A DNA stretch of 64,000 nt from Octopus sinensis (lineage: Eukaryota), in assembly GCF_006345805.1 (NCBI RefSeq), contig NC_043014.1, forward strand, positions 49,910,001 to 49,974,000, read 5' to 3'. Below the pieces are notes generated by a model. That model did not search any database, was not told where the DNA came from, and worked only from the letters and a program-made list of their open reading frames with translations. Positions 1 to 11,797 of this stretch are shown here, in pieces (positions within the stretch are counted from its first letter, which is position 1; each line of letters begins with the position of its first letter). The position numbers and the translations under genes are program-made.

Positions 1-143
1 CTCCAACCAGTCCTTTCGCAAAACCCTTAAAGCCAGGAATTTTTCAGCATCCTTTTGAATGTTTGTGCCTGTGCATATATATGTATACTTCTGTTTTGAT
101 GCTCTTGTATATTCATATGTGTCGTTGTTTTTTCCCTCCTCAG

Positions 144-274
144 ATGGTTGAGAAGTATCTCAGTAATTCTATTCTTGAATAAACAAGATTTATTGGCCGA
201 GAAAGTGAAAGCTGGAAAGTCAAAAATCGAAACATATTTTGCTGATTTTGAACGTTACGTAACACCTGTAGACG
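144..274 (+). CDS. GNAS: G-protein alpha-s subunit, third-last coding exon (gene starts upstream of window)
   Basis: Pyrimidine tract plus cag acceptor (141-143) and gtaagg donor (275). Encodes [43 protein letters not shown], with the G4 NKxD motif in Gs-alpha context. Confidence 0.96.
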
Positions 275-1230
275 GTAAGGAATCTCTCTCTACCTTTCCT
301 TCTTGGAACCATCACGTTACAAAACGAATGTCTTAATCTCCTACCTGTGCTTGAACCTGTCTCTTGTATTTTCTTTCTTATTCTCTTGATCAGGAGGGAC
401 CTTTGCTGTCGTAATGACCTATAGCAGTTACTATAACCCTCACATTATTTATTACCTTTGAACTGGCAATGACCTCTGTGGTCGTTGGCAATGACCTCTA
501 CACTAGTGTCAGTGACCTTTGTTGTGTCCTTGACCTTTATACTATTTTTACCTTTGACCTGACAATGACCCCTACAGTGGCGATGATCTTCACGATGTCT
601 TTGACTTTTGCAATGACCGTGGCCCTTGCAATGTGTATAATCTTTGTAGTGCCCATATCTTTTGAACGACCCTACTTGAGGCAGTGTTCTGCAGTCGGAT
701 GCTTTTCCTGGTTTTCCCTAAACCCTTACTCGCTTTCAAGTATGGTACTCCACATCTTTGCACATCAAACCACCCAGCTGCCAGACTTTTTGTTTACCCA
801 GAAGATTAGCAGTGTTATAGCTACCCAGTTGGTGTCAGTGAAAAAGATACAGTAGCACAAACATACATTTGATGTGCTTCATTACAGTTTTCATCTACCA
901 AACTTTACTGACAAGGTGTTGGTCAATCCAAAGCTATAGACGAAGACATTTGCCCTCCAGTGGGATTGAACCTGGAACCATGTAGTAATGCTTGTATTTA
1001 TTATTACTAGAAGGGGTTTAGTTAGCTATGATACAACTGATATTATTGTCTGTGTTATTATAGACCTCGGTGAGAAAATGCTATCATTTCTACAGGGATT
1101 TCTCTGACAAAATGTTTTTGAGTCATCTCTCTGTCTGACGCTCTCCCAATAAGCCAGATATCTCATGCCTTCGGCTGTCAGATTTTGTTTAACTTCATAC
1201 GACACAGTGCTTATATATTCTGTTACCCCA

Positions 1231-1602
1231 TCTCTCTATATATAAACGGCAGTTTGTCTGTGTGTGTTTCTGTGTGTCTGTTTGGTTGTACCCTCACTCT
1301 GACCACGGCTTTCAACCGATTCTGATGAAACTTGACACACACATAGCCCAATGTCATAATTCAAAACTAACGCAGCGAAAATTTTGAAAAGTTCCCCCAG
1401 TTCTGAAAAAAATCGATAAATTCGACATGGGGTCGATAATCAGAAACACAAACCACAGACTGTCTAGGGGACGCAACTCCACCTTTTTAACTCTCAAAAA
1501 AATTTACCATCATTTTTCCCCCATATTTTGGCTATAACTATCTAAAAATGCTTTATAGTTATTTCCCTTACAAACCCGAGCAACGCCGGGCGATACTGCT
1601 AG
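1231..1602 (+). mobile_element. Non-autonomous Helitron-like element
   Basis: Starts A|TC, ends with hairpin cccgagcaacgccggg followed by CTAG|T, no TSD. The 3' end is shared with 17501-17805 and the 5' end (tatatataaacggca) with 58897-59258. Confidence 0.8.
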
Positions 1603-1698
1603 TCATCAATATAAGTCAAACATCCTTTCTAACACAAACAGTAAAGTGAAATGATAATTTTAGTCCAGTGGTCATTTTATTTTCCTTCTTCTTTCTAG

Positions 1699-1766
1699 CC
1701 CATACTGAACCTGGCGATGACCCAGAAGTTGTCCGAGCAAAATACTTCATTCGTGATGAATTTTTA
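1699..1766 (+). CDS. GNAS: G-protein alpha-s subunit, penultimate coding exon
   Basis: ttctag acceptor and gtaagt donor at 1767. The 68-nt exon is phase-compatible with both neighbours and encodes (A)HTEPGDDPEVVRAKYFIRDEFL, the Gs-specific insert region. Confidence 0.96.
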
Positions 1767-2199
1767 GTAAGTATACCCCAAATATTCTTTCCTCCTTTCT
1801 CTCATTCCCCATCCCCCAACTGCAGGAAAACCTCCAGCTTAAGAATTGTGGATTTTATACAACATATGTCTTCCAAACGACACAACTGGTTTATCTCATA
1901 AGAGGATTATTGTTGAACCAGCATGGAGATACATGGCTCCATGGTTAGACTGTTTGACTCCTGGTCATAACAATTTGGTTTCAATTCCTAGGTTGGGTGA
2001 TGCGTTATGTTCTTTAGCACAACACTTCATTTATTGTTGCTCTAGTCCACTCTGCAGGTAAAAATATGTAACCCCGAGACAGATCAGTGTCCGTCGAGGG
2101 AGGAGGGGAGAAATATATACACCAGAGAAGTTGGAAGAAGGGCCCTATGCTCCTTACAGAATAATGTAGACTAATCAAAATCAAAATCAAATCCAATGA

Positions 2200-2835
2200 C
2201 GGGCATCCGTGCTAGCAGGATGCAAAGAGCACCATACGAGTGTGATCATTGACAGATCAGCTAACCGGCTTCCGTGCCAGTGGCACATAAAAGGCATCAC
2301 TCAAGTGTGATCATTATCAGCATCGCCTTACTGGCACTTGTGCCTGTGCTAGTAGGGTGCCAAGAGCACCATCCGAACGTGATCGTTGCCAGAGCAGCTA
2401 ACTGGCTTCCATGCCGGTGGCACGTAAAAGGCACCATTCAAGCGTGATCGTTACCAGCGTCGCCTTACTGGCAACTGTGCCGGTGGCATGTGTGAAAAAG
2501 ATTCGAGTGAGGTCGTTGCCAGTACCACCTGACTGGCCCCCCGTGCTGGTGGCACGTAAAAAGCACTCACTACACTCTCGGAGTTGTTGGCTTCCATGCC
2601 AGTGGCACATAAAAGGCATCATTCGAGTGTGATCGTTACCAGCGTCGCCTTACTGGCACGTAAAAGCACCCACTACACTCTCGGAATGGTTGGCACTAGG
2701 AAGGGCATCCAGCTGTAGGAACTCTGCCAGATCAAGATTGGAGCCTGGTGCAGCCATTTGGTTCGCCAGACATCAGTCAAATCGTCCAACCCATGCTGGC
2801 ATGGAAAGCGGACGTTAAACAATGATGTAATTATG
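2200..2835 (+). mobile_element. RTE-associated retroposon (family 3) with internal gtgccggtggcacgtaaaaagcac modules and (gat)n tail
   Basis: Ends ggaagggcatccagctgtag...aacccatgctggcatggaaagcggacgttaaac plus tail. Further copies at about 3885-4130(-), 18668-18990(-), 19328-19482(+), 22645-23030(-), 25415-25712(+), 31218-31670(-), 35097-35340(-), 37620-37935(+), 54410-54812(+), 55245-55560(+), 58145-58355(+), 60125-60695(+). Confidence 0.85.
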
Positions 2836-3439
2836 ATGAATCAATCCTGAACCAACAGACCTGGGCTCAAAAACATTGTCACCATGATTATCTTGTCTGT
2901 TATTGAGTCCCAGTGTATCAAGGACTACACTATCCAATGTGCTCTTCTTTGCAATTGTCTATCCTCAGGTTAGCTCAAATTGAACTAATTTATGATGAAA
3001 GACGTCCCAGCCATGACTATCTTGTCTTTTTCTATATGTAGGACAACATTGTCCTCTGTGACCTTCCTTTTACTTCAGGCAGCACGTCGTGTTTTGAGAG
3101 AGAATTAGTTGCTATTTCTTAAGCTGCAAGCGAGCTAGTAAACGCTTCCTTCTTACCTCGTATAGAGAAGGGATTTTACATAGATAATTCAATAATAATC
3201 TTAAATATTCTGATTGCATTTCCTGTCTAAGAAGGCTTCATTTTATTTCGTTCACAATATTTTCAAATTCCTCCTTAAATTTTCCAGAGACAAATTCGAT
3301 TGCAAGGGAGACAATTCTTTATACTTCATAAGTCTTATGTCTGCGTTAACGTTTTATTTATATAAACATACGATGACTACCCGCCTTAATCCCCTTGTTT
3401 GTTCCCTCTATGTTTAGCCCCTTGTGGGCAATAAAGAAA

Positions 3440-3800
3440 TACAAAAAAAATTGTGAAGTGAGTCAGTGGGTTTGCAGTTTGTCATTACAAATCTGCTTGA
3501 TAAAGATCTCAGCTTGTCGTCCCCGCCTAGCTCTTTCTTTTGTAGACTCTCGCAAAAGAGCTTCACAAACAATTTCATCTTTAGCTCTGCAGCAACGCCT
3601 TCTAGATCTGACTCTACGCGCTTTGATGATGTCTGATACTGGATGCAGATTCCCATGCAATGGCTAGCTGGAAAAATTCTCTCTCCAGGTGACATCCAAA
3701 GCCACTTTTAGTATGCAAGAGTAGGCTCCATCCAATCCTCTTTCCTGTTTGAAGTAAGGGCCCACACTGAGCAGCCATACAATAGAGCTGAGGTAACAAT
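3440..3800 (-). mobile_element. Decayed RTE-clade LINE ORF2 C-terminal fragment
   Basis: Minus-strand frames give LDGAYSCILKVALDVTWR and HGNLHPVSDIIKARRVR...AKDEIVCEALL...RRGRQ, which resemble the RTE ORF2 tail. Frameshifted. Confidence 0.6.
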
Positions 3801-3820
3801 TGCTTGAAAGAGGCTCAACC

Positions 3821-4322
3821 CAGTGGTTCTCAACTGGGGTCCACATGGCCCTTGGGTGGAGGGTGACCGAATAAGATTTTGTTCATCATCATCATCATCG
3901 TTTAACGTCCATTTTCCATGCTAGCATGGGTTGGACGCTTTGACTGGGGTTTGGGAAGCCAGGAGGCTGCGCCAGTCTCCAGCCTGATCTGGCAGTGTTT
4001 CTACAGCTGGATACCCTTCCTAACACCAACCACTCCGTGTAGTGGGTGCTTTTTACGTGCCACCGGTACAGGGACCGGAGAGGACTGGCAAATGGCCACA
4101 ATTGGTTGGTGCTTTTTACGTGCCACCAATTTAAATATAATAAACTGGTTGTACTTCAATACACAAAATATTTTAGCAATTTTGTTATACACTGCCTAAT
4201 AATATTTCATTATAAAAATATACCGAAGATTTTTTTAAGCATTGAATAGCTATGAGGGTTCACCCAAGGAAAATGGAAATCAGAGGGGGGGTCTATGGGC
4301 AAGAAATGGCTGGGAACCATTT
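3821..4322. mobile_element. hAT-like MITE remnant with a nested family-3 insertion
   Basis: Left end cagtggttctcaac and right end gctgggaaccatt form an imperfect TIR of the hAT CAGTGGTTC type. Confidence 0.45.
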
Positions 4323-5055
4323 CTCTGGAAGGGCAAATTGTCCAAGCCATGCTAGCATGGAAAACGGACGTTAAACGATGATGATGATGATGATGATGAT
4401 GAAGATGATCTAGTCAGGATCACCAAGCTCTGTCAAAAGAGTTACTGCAATGCATCTATAAGGGGCGGTGTCCATTGTTGTGTAATCAGCTAATGAAAGA
4501 CTCATTATGTCTCTTTAGAATTGGTTCATCATCATCGTTTAACATCCATTATGGTATGGGTTGGACAGTGTGACCTAAGCTGGCGGGGGTGGGGAGGAGC
4601 TGCACCTGACTCCAGTGTGATTTGGCACAGTTTCTATGGCTCAATATCCTTCCTGATGCCAACCACTTCACAGTGTGTCCTGGCTCTTTTTATCTGACAT
4701 CGCACGGGCACTTATACATGGCACCAATTAGACGCTTTTACATAGGTCCACATGAGTGCTTTTATGTGGGTTTGCACAGGTAGTTTTACATGGTACCGCC
4801 TTGAATGCTTTGTACTACTGGAAGGATCAGTGAGAAAATGCACCCAGTGCACTCTGTAGGGTGGCTGGTGATAAGAAAGGCATCCAGCTGTTGAAACTAA
4901 GTCAAATGCTATGCACAAGCACCAGTGTTTGGAAGCAGTGACTCCCAATAAGACATTATTCGGACTGTTCGTCTGACCAACCCATGTTGGTTGGTTTGGA
5001 AAGTGGATGTAAAATGATGATGATGGTGATGATGGATTTTTTTTTTTTTAAATAA

Positions 5056-5256
<201 letters not shown>

Positions 5257-6190
5257 TGTGTGATGATGTCGACGACAATGATGATGATGATGATGATGAA
5301 GACGATGACGACGACGACGATGACAGTGGTTATGGCGGCAGCGGTAGCGACGACGATGACAATGAAGATGGAGATGAGGATGACAATGAGGAGGAGGAGA
5401 ATGATGATGATGATGACAATGATAACAATTATGACGACAATGATGATGATGATGATGAGGAGGAGGATGATGATGATGACGATGATGATGATGATACAAA
5501 CGTCGTCGTCCCATCATGCTCTCTGTTAGACTTGATGTGCGGCAACTTTTTATCTGTTAACAAACAAAACAAAACAAAATGACAAAAAAAAAAACAAAAA
5601 CAAAACGATAATGCGAAGGAAAAAAAAATGAAATACGCCATACACACACACACACAATGTACACACACACACACACACACAAAGATGAAAAGAAAAGAAA
5701 GGAATTTTATTTATTTTTTTTTCCATCAACCTGACAGGTCATATTGGCCTCGTTATTGGTACTCAGTAATTATATTTAATAGGATTTGACAATGACCAGG
5801 AGAGAGAGAGGCAGATACGACATCCCAATGGTGATGGTGGTGATCATCATGATGATGATGATGATTATGATGATGATGATTATGATGACGACGATCATGA
5901 TGATGATCATGATGATGATCATGATGATGATCACGACGACGGTGATGTGATTTTGAGGCAATGCAGTGTGGCGGCGGTGGCAGTGGTGGTGGTGGTGTGG
6001 TGGTGGTGGCAGTGGTGGTCGAGGAGGTGATGATTATGATGGTGGTGGTGGTGGTGGTGGTGGTGGCCGTGGTCGTGGTGGGTGGTGGTGGTGGTGGTGG
6101 TGGTGGTGCTGCTTTTGGTAATTGGTGTTTCTTGGTAGCGCTGGGGCAGAGGTATTTGGGACGATAGGGGTGACGATGATGGTGGTGTGA
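5257..6190. repeat. (GAT/GAC/GAG)n and (GGT)n trinucleotide tracts directly after the GNAS stop
   Basis: Visible simple repeats. They generate the poly-D/M/H/V ORFs in the ORF track. Confidence 0.9.
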
Positions 6191-6402
6191 AGGAGGATGA
6201 TCGTTTCTGAGTAAATTTCATTCTGTGAGCCTTTTCAATTTTTCTAAACCGGTTGAATTTTTTTATATTATTTACTTCATTTTTTTTTTTGTCTGTGGTA
6301 GTACTAATAGTAGTAGTAATAATACTAGTAATAGTAGTAGTAGAATAGTGAATAGGTTATGCTGCCCCTCCCCCCAAACACTTATACACACACTGCTGCT
6401 AT

Positions 6403-6471
<69 letters not shown>

Positions 6472-7320
6472 ATATATACATATACACATATATATATATA
6501 TATCTACTACTGAGCACAGGCTTGGCTGAGTGGTTAAGAAGCTTGCTTTGCAACCACAGAGTCCTGGGTTCAATCCCATTTGCACAACAGTTTGGGCAAG
6601 TTGTTATTTACTGTAGCCATGGGTCGATTTGACTCCTTATGAGTGGAATTTAGATTTTTTTGGGGGGAAATTGTGTGGAAGCCTTTTTCTCTATGTGTGT
6701 GTGTGTGGTTGTATATAAGTGTGTATGTGCTTACTTGTGTAATGCGGTGTAAATCGTTGCGGTATTGATTCCATGAGGGGGAGGTAACTCCCCGAATCGG
6801 TGAACTCGAGCGTTTGTTGAATGGAGATTTGGTTTGGAATGAATGATTTGCCTGTCTAGATACTCACTGCAATGAGTATGGTTATCCTAACACTTTCTCA
6901 AGGGACATCTTTCAATAGGGTACAAACTCAATGGCTGACATCAGTAGCAAAATACATGCAAATAGAAGGCTATGCTGCCACAAATACACACACACATCTC
7001 TGTCTCTCTTTACCTTTCTCTCTCTTTCTCTCTCTCTCTCTCTTTCATGCCATCCTCCCTCATACACACAGACACACACACATACCATTATCTTATTAAA
7101 AAATGCATGCAGCTAGGACACTACCATCCCTCTCTTTCTGTATGGTGTATATGTGTGTGTGTGTGTGTGTGTATACATACATATATATATATGTTTTACT
7201 GTAAATCTCAACTATATATAAATGTGTGTGTGTGTGTATATGTATATATGTATGTGTGTATGTATGTATATGTGTGTATATGTATGTATATATATATATA
7301 TATGTATATGTGTGTATATG

Positions 7321-7369
<49 letters not shown>

Positions 7370-7917
7370 GTATATATATACATATATATATATGTTTTAT
7401 TGTAAATCTCAACTATATATAAATGTGTATGTGTATATGTATGTATGTATATGTGTGTCTATATATATGCATATATATATGTATATATGTGTGTATATAT
7501 GTGTGTGTGTATATATATATATATTATATATATATATATATAAGAACACTAATGATAGTGACTTCAAAGCAGCAGCCAGTTAAGCCATCATCAGACCACC
7601 ACATGATGCCTTAACTGGCCGGAACTTCGAAGTCATTATCAACAATGTCCTTGTTCAAGAATAATGAATTTGTGTTCTACAAAAGCAAAGAGTAACCCAT
7701 CAGATTAACACGAAATTGTTTTTATTACAACTGGACGTAAAAACACATATATGTATATATATACAAAATGAGAAAATGGAGAAATCAATCATCAACCATC
7801 AGATAATACCCAATCAATACTTTATTAAACCATTACACAACAGCAGTTATATTATACATAATATATTACAAATATAACAAGACATAGAAATAGAAATAGA
7901 AAATACATTTATATTAT

Positions 7918-8030
7918 AGCTGACAGCTGTTTCAGCCGTGAAGACAGGTATGTCCCATTTAACCTATTAGCTATATAAAGCAGGTATAAATGAGACATTA
8001 ACAAGAATGTCTCACGGCCTCTTCAGAGAA
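7918..8030 (-). ncRNA. Decayed minimal type I hammerhead ribozyme motif (Penelope pLTR-like)
   Basis: Minus strand reads ct-CTGAAGA-g-gccgtga[long hairpin]tcacggc-t-GAAA-CAGCTG-TC-ag. Helix III is palindromic but helix I is only 2 bp. Confidence 0.6.
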
Positions 8031-8111
8031 TTTAATGTAAGTATGAAAAAAATTTACATACACCAGCATATAGAACACAAAGAGATGTGTATATAGATAT
8101 GTGTGTATGTC

Positions 8112-8143
<32 letters not shown>

Positions 8144-8458
8144 CACACACATATTGGTGAGAGAGTACTTGGTACATGATTTTTTTTTCCTACATTGCTC
8201 TGTTTTTAGCCAGCATGGAGCATGGACTTTAAATGGTGATAATGATGTATATGTGTGTTTATATATATACATATAAAATACATAGGTTTGGTGATAGAGA
8301 CGGGATAATGGGACTCAAAACATGAATGTACAATTATATTTTTGTTTTTATTATCATCAGAAGTTATAGAGTCACTCAAGGACTGATAGGTTCATTCATT
8401 GGCGCTTATCAAGGTGATCCCTTGAGTCACTCTGAAACTTCGGCTGATTAATAATAAC

Positions 8459-8496
<38 letters not shown>

Positions 8497-8511
8497 TAAT
8501 AATAATAATGA

Positions 8512-8875
8512 CAACGTGTCTCTAAAAGAAATGGAGAAACTTTTAAAATACAAAGACCTGGAAATAGAGGTAACCAGAATGTGGAATCTAAAAACAGAAA
8601 CAGTTCCTATCATAGTAGGTGCATTAGGCATGATAAAAAAATATTCAGACAAATACATAACAAAAACACCAGGACTTACAAACACATATAACATACAGAA
8701 AATTGCACTACTGGGCATTGCACACATCCTACGCAGAACACTTTCAATACAGTAACCATCAGAGCATCATAACAAATCACAGCACATACCCAAGGCACAC
8801 AGAGCTGCGCTCAGTAGTGAAGTGAAAGCACGCTATAAAAATAAAACTATTGAATAATAATAATAATAATAATAA
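8512..8875 (+). mobile_element. R4/Dong-like (RLE) non-LTR retrotransposon 3' fragment in a (TAA)n tract
   Basis: Encodes SLKEMEKLLKYKDLEIEVTRMWNLKTETVPIIVGALG..., the typical EK..KY..L....W....VP..GALG restriction-like endonuclease C-terminus. Flanked by (taa)n on both sides. Confidence 0.8.
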
Positions 8876-10004
8876 ATATGATAATCATAATATACATATA
8901 TAGTTTTCCTGATGCAAAGATGAAGATAGAACTGAAAACATGAGTACATTTTGTTTTTGTTTTATTAATATTTTTTTTAACGGAGCCAAAACAAGGCAAG
9001 CTATGAAAAAATTAACGATACAGGTTGATGGTTAGAACTATTACTGGTGTCTCAGTATTTCAGATTTAGGACCCCTTTCTTCAGGAATTTCCTGAAGAAA
9101 TATTGAAACATTGCAATATCAAGTAATAGTACTAACCATCAGCCTGTATTATTAAATTTTTTTTTTTTGTTTTGTATAACTTGCATTGTTTTGGCTTTGT
9201 AAAAAGAATATTTAAAACATATATATATCAGACAGTGCTTCATGAAAACTAGACAACTCTTATTACTCAATAATTAATAACTAGCAGAAAAAACAACCGT
9301 GGAACAGATTAAACAAGCCTAGGTAACCAGCAGGAGGGACACCTAAAAAACCATGAGTAAAAGGGTTAGGTAATATCTGTAACCTTAGCTGGCCTTGTCT
9401 GTGAATGCAGTCAGATTATATGTTGATGGTCACTTCTGATAGGACCCTTTGGAAAGCGGGCATTTCTGAAGATCCTGGCTTGTACCCACATACACAAACA
9501 CAAGCTACACACACACACACAGCTGTACCTTAACCTCCCTTGTTTTTCTAAGCTTTTGCCAGAAATATTGAAGATTAGGGTGTGTGTGTGTTTGTGTATA
9601 TATGTATATAAATTTGTTGGTGTCGTAAATGTAGGGTTGTTTAGCATTTATATAAAATAGAGATGGCATCTGTAGAAAAAGAAAATATCCTTATGTTAAG
9701 AAATTTAATATTTAATATAGGGAAGATTAAAATGCTAATTATATATATCTTTAAAACTTTCTGGTTCAGAGAGCCACATGTCATCATGGCCCCTTTTCCC
9801 CTTCTTTGCTGAGACACACCTAGGTTATTGTTGTCCACACACTACATCACTTAAGCAATCCCTGAGAAATAACCAGCTAATCTCTTTTTATACTCCACAA
9901 ATCCAGTAAATATAGAAAACTCGGGTTACTGATTTGTATCTCATGTTTTAACATTTTATTTAAAATATGTATACACATAATTAGTTATTTCTCTGTTTGA
10001 CTTT

Positions 10005-10288
10005 AATGTTTGTTCCTTCTCGAGCCATGCCTGGCTCATAAGGGCCGGTTTCCTGGTTTCCTGGACGGCACGCTGGTCTGTCGCAGGTGAGCTGCAAGAT
10101 GCAGGAGGAAAGAGTGAAAGAATGTTGTGGCGAAAGAGTCAGCAGAAGTTCGCCATTACCTTCTGCCGGAGCCGCGTGGAGCTTAGGTGTTTTGCTCATA
10201 AACACACACATCGTCCGGTCTGAGATTCGAACCCGCGATCCCTCGACCGCGAGTCCGCTGCTCTAACCACTAGGCCATGTGCCTCCAC
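10005..10288 (-). mobile_element. tRNA-derived SINE (family 4, tRNA-Arg-like head)
   Basis: Minus-strand head gtggaggcacatggcctagtggttagagcagcggactcgcgg...ggttcgaatc with A and B boxes. TSD tctgtttgacttt at 9992-10004 and 10289-10301. Confidence 0.85.
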
Positions 10289-10370
10289 TCTGTTTGACTT
10301 TCTGTCAATGTAGCTCTCTTTTACATTGATTTGGTGATACATAAGATTCTGTTAGTCATAATATTGATAT

Positions 10371-10720
10371 GGCGAGCTGGCAGAAACGTTAGCATGCCGG
10401 GCAAAATGCTTAGTGGTATTTCATCTGCCGTTACATTCTGAGTTCAAATTCTGCCGAGGTCGACTTTGCCTTTCATCCTTTCGGGGTCGATTAAATAAGT
10501 ACCAGTTATGCACTGGGGTCGATGTAATCGACTTAATCCGTTTGTCCTCTCTGTGTTTAGCCCCTTGTGGGTAATAAAGAAATAGGTATTTCATCTGTCT
10601 TTAATTCTGAGTTTAAATTCTGCCAAGGTCGATAGATTAAGTACCAGTTGCATACTGGGGGTCGATCTAATCGGCTGGCTTCCTCCCCAAAAGTTACAGG
10701 CCTTGTGTCTCGATTAGAAA
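10371..10720 (+). mobile_element. SINE family 2 (ggcgagctggcagaaacgttagc...gcctttcatcctttcggggtcgat)
   Basis: Multi-copy element. Other copies at about 14560-14765(-), 19934-20509(+), 30623-30853(+), 34541-35010(+), 36635-37050(+), 42067-42297(-), 46290-46455(-), 57830-58062(-), 62215-62400(+). Confidence 0.85.
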
Positions 10721-11752
10721 AAAAAATATGGAGAGGACAATAATTGGTAGAGTTAGTAGCATGATGGGTAAAATCTTGGTGTTTAGTTAAGACCGTTTAC
10801 ATCTTGAGTTAAAATCTTAGTGGTGTTGATAAATTAATTAGCAGTTAATTACTGATATAGAAGGGACCTAATTTATCTATATTCTTCTGCTAATATTTAT
10901 CATTTATATAATAAATCATTACCGTCATCATTTTTAATTATCATTGCTGTCATTGCAATAAGCACTGGAAGTTGCCAGGTAGTGATATGGTTGCCATGTA
11001 GCCAGGTCATGTGGGCTTGCTTGACAGAACCATTTCAAATCCCACCACCGAGGTGGACGTGGACGTGGTGGTGGTGGTGGGTGTGTTAGCTTTTCCTTTT
11101 CATTTTCCCCGACGTTGAACAAATTTAAATACCAGTCATATATTGAGGAAAGGCTGTTTACACACACACACACACACATCATCCAGAGTGTGGAGCTCTG
11201 TGATGACGTGCGATAACATTGTATTATATTTGAGTTACGCTGAACGATAGTACTGCTGCTGTTGACATGATGATGATGATGATGATAGTAGTGATAACAA
11301 GGATACTAATGATGATGATGGTGGTGGTGGTGGTGTTGAACAATCTAAATCAATGTTAAGTTAATTTTTTGGCTCAAAAAGCAAAAAGCAAGGCCATGTA
11401 GGGGGACATGGAGTTATGTACAGGGTGGTGTTCATACAAAGAGTTCAGGCCATTTGTGGTCAAGGGAGACTTTGAACCGAGCGGTCGTCGGCATCTTCAC
11501 TATCTCGTCCGGCAGCTTATCTATAAACTATATATTGGAACAGTAAATTTTAAAAACATTCAGTAATTAAATTAAAATTTAATTAAATTATTTTTTCTTA
11601 ATTGATTCAGTTAAAATACACCTTGATAGTTCACGTTCTCAGAATGCCCTCTACTCTTGAAAAACTCTTAGCTAAGCATTAGTACCAATGTACATGACTG
11701 CCCCATACACACACTTTCCAAAATTCTAGGCCCTGTACCGATAATTGAAAAA

Positions 11753-11779
<27 letters not shown>

Positions 11780-11797
<18 letters not shown>

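Noticed and set aside
469-855. 128-aa hydrophobic ORF in a GNAS intron
   Set aside because: Arises from the degenerate TGACCT repeat, with no exon boundaries compatible with GNAS.
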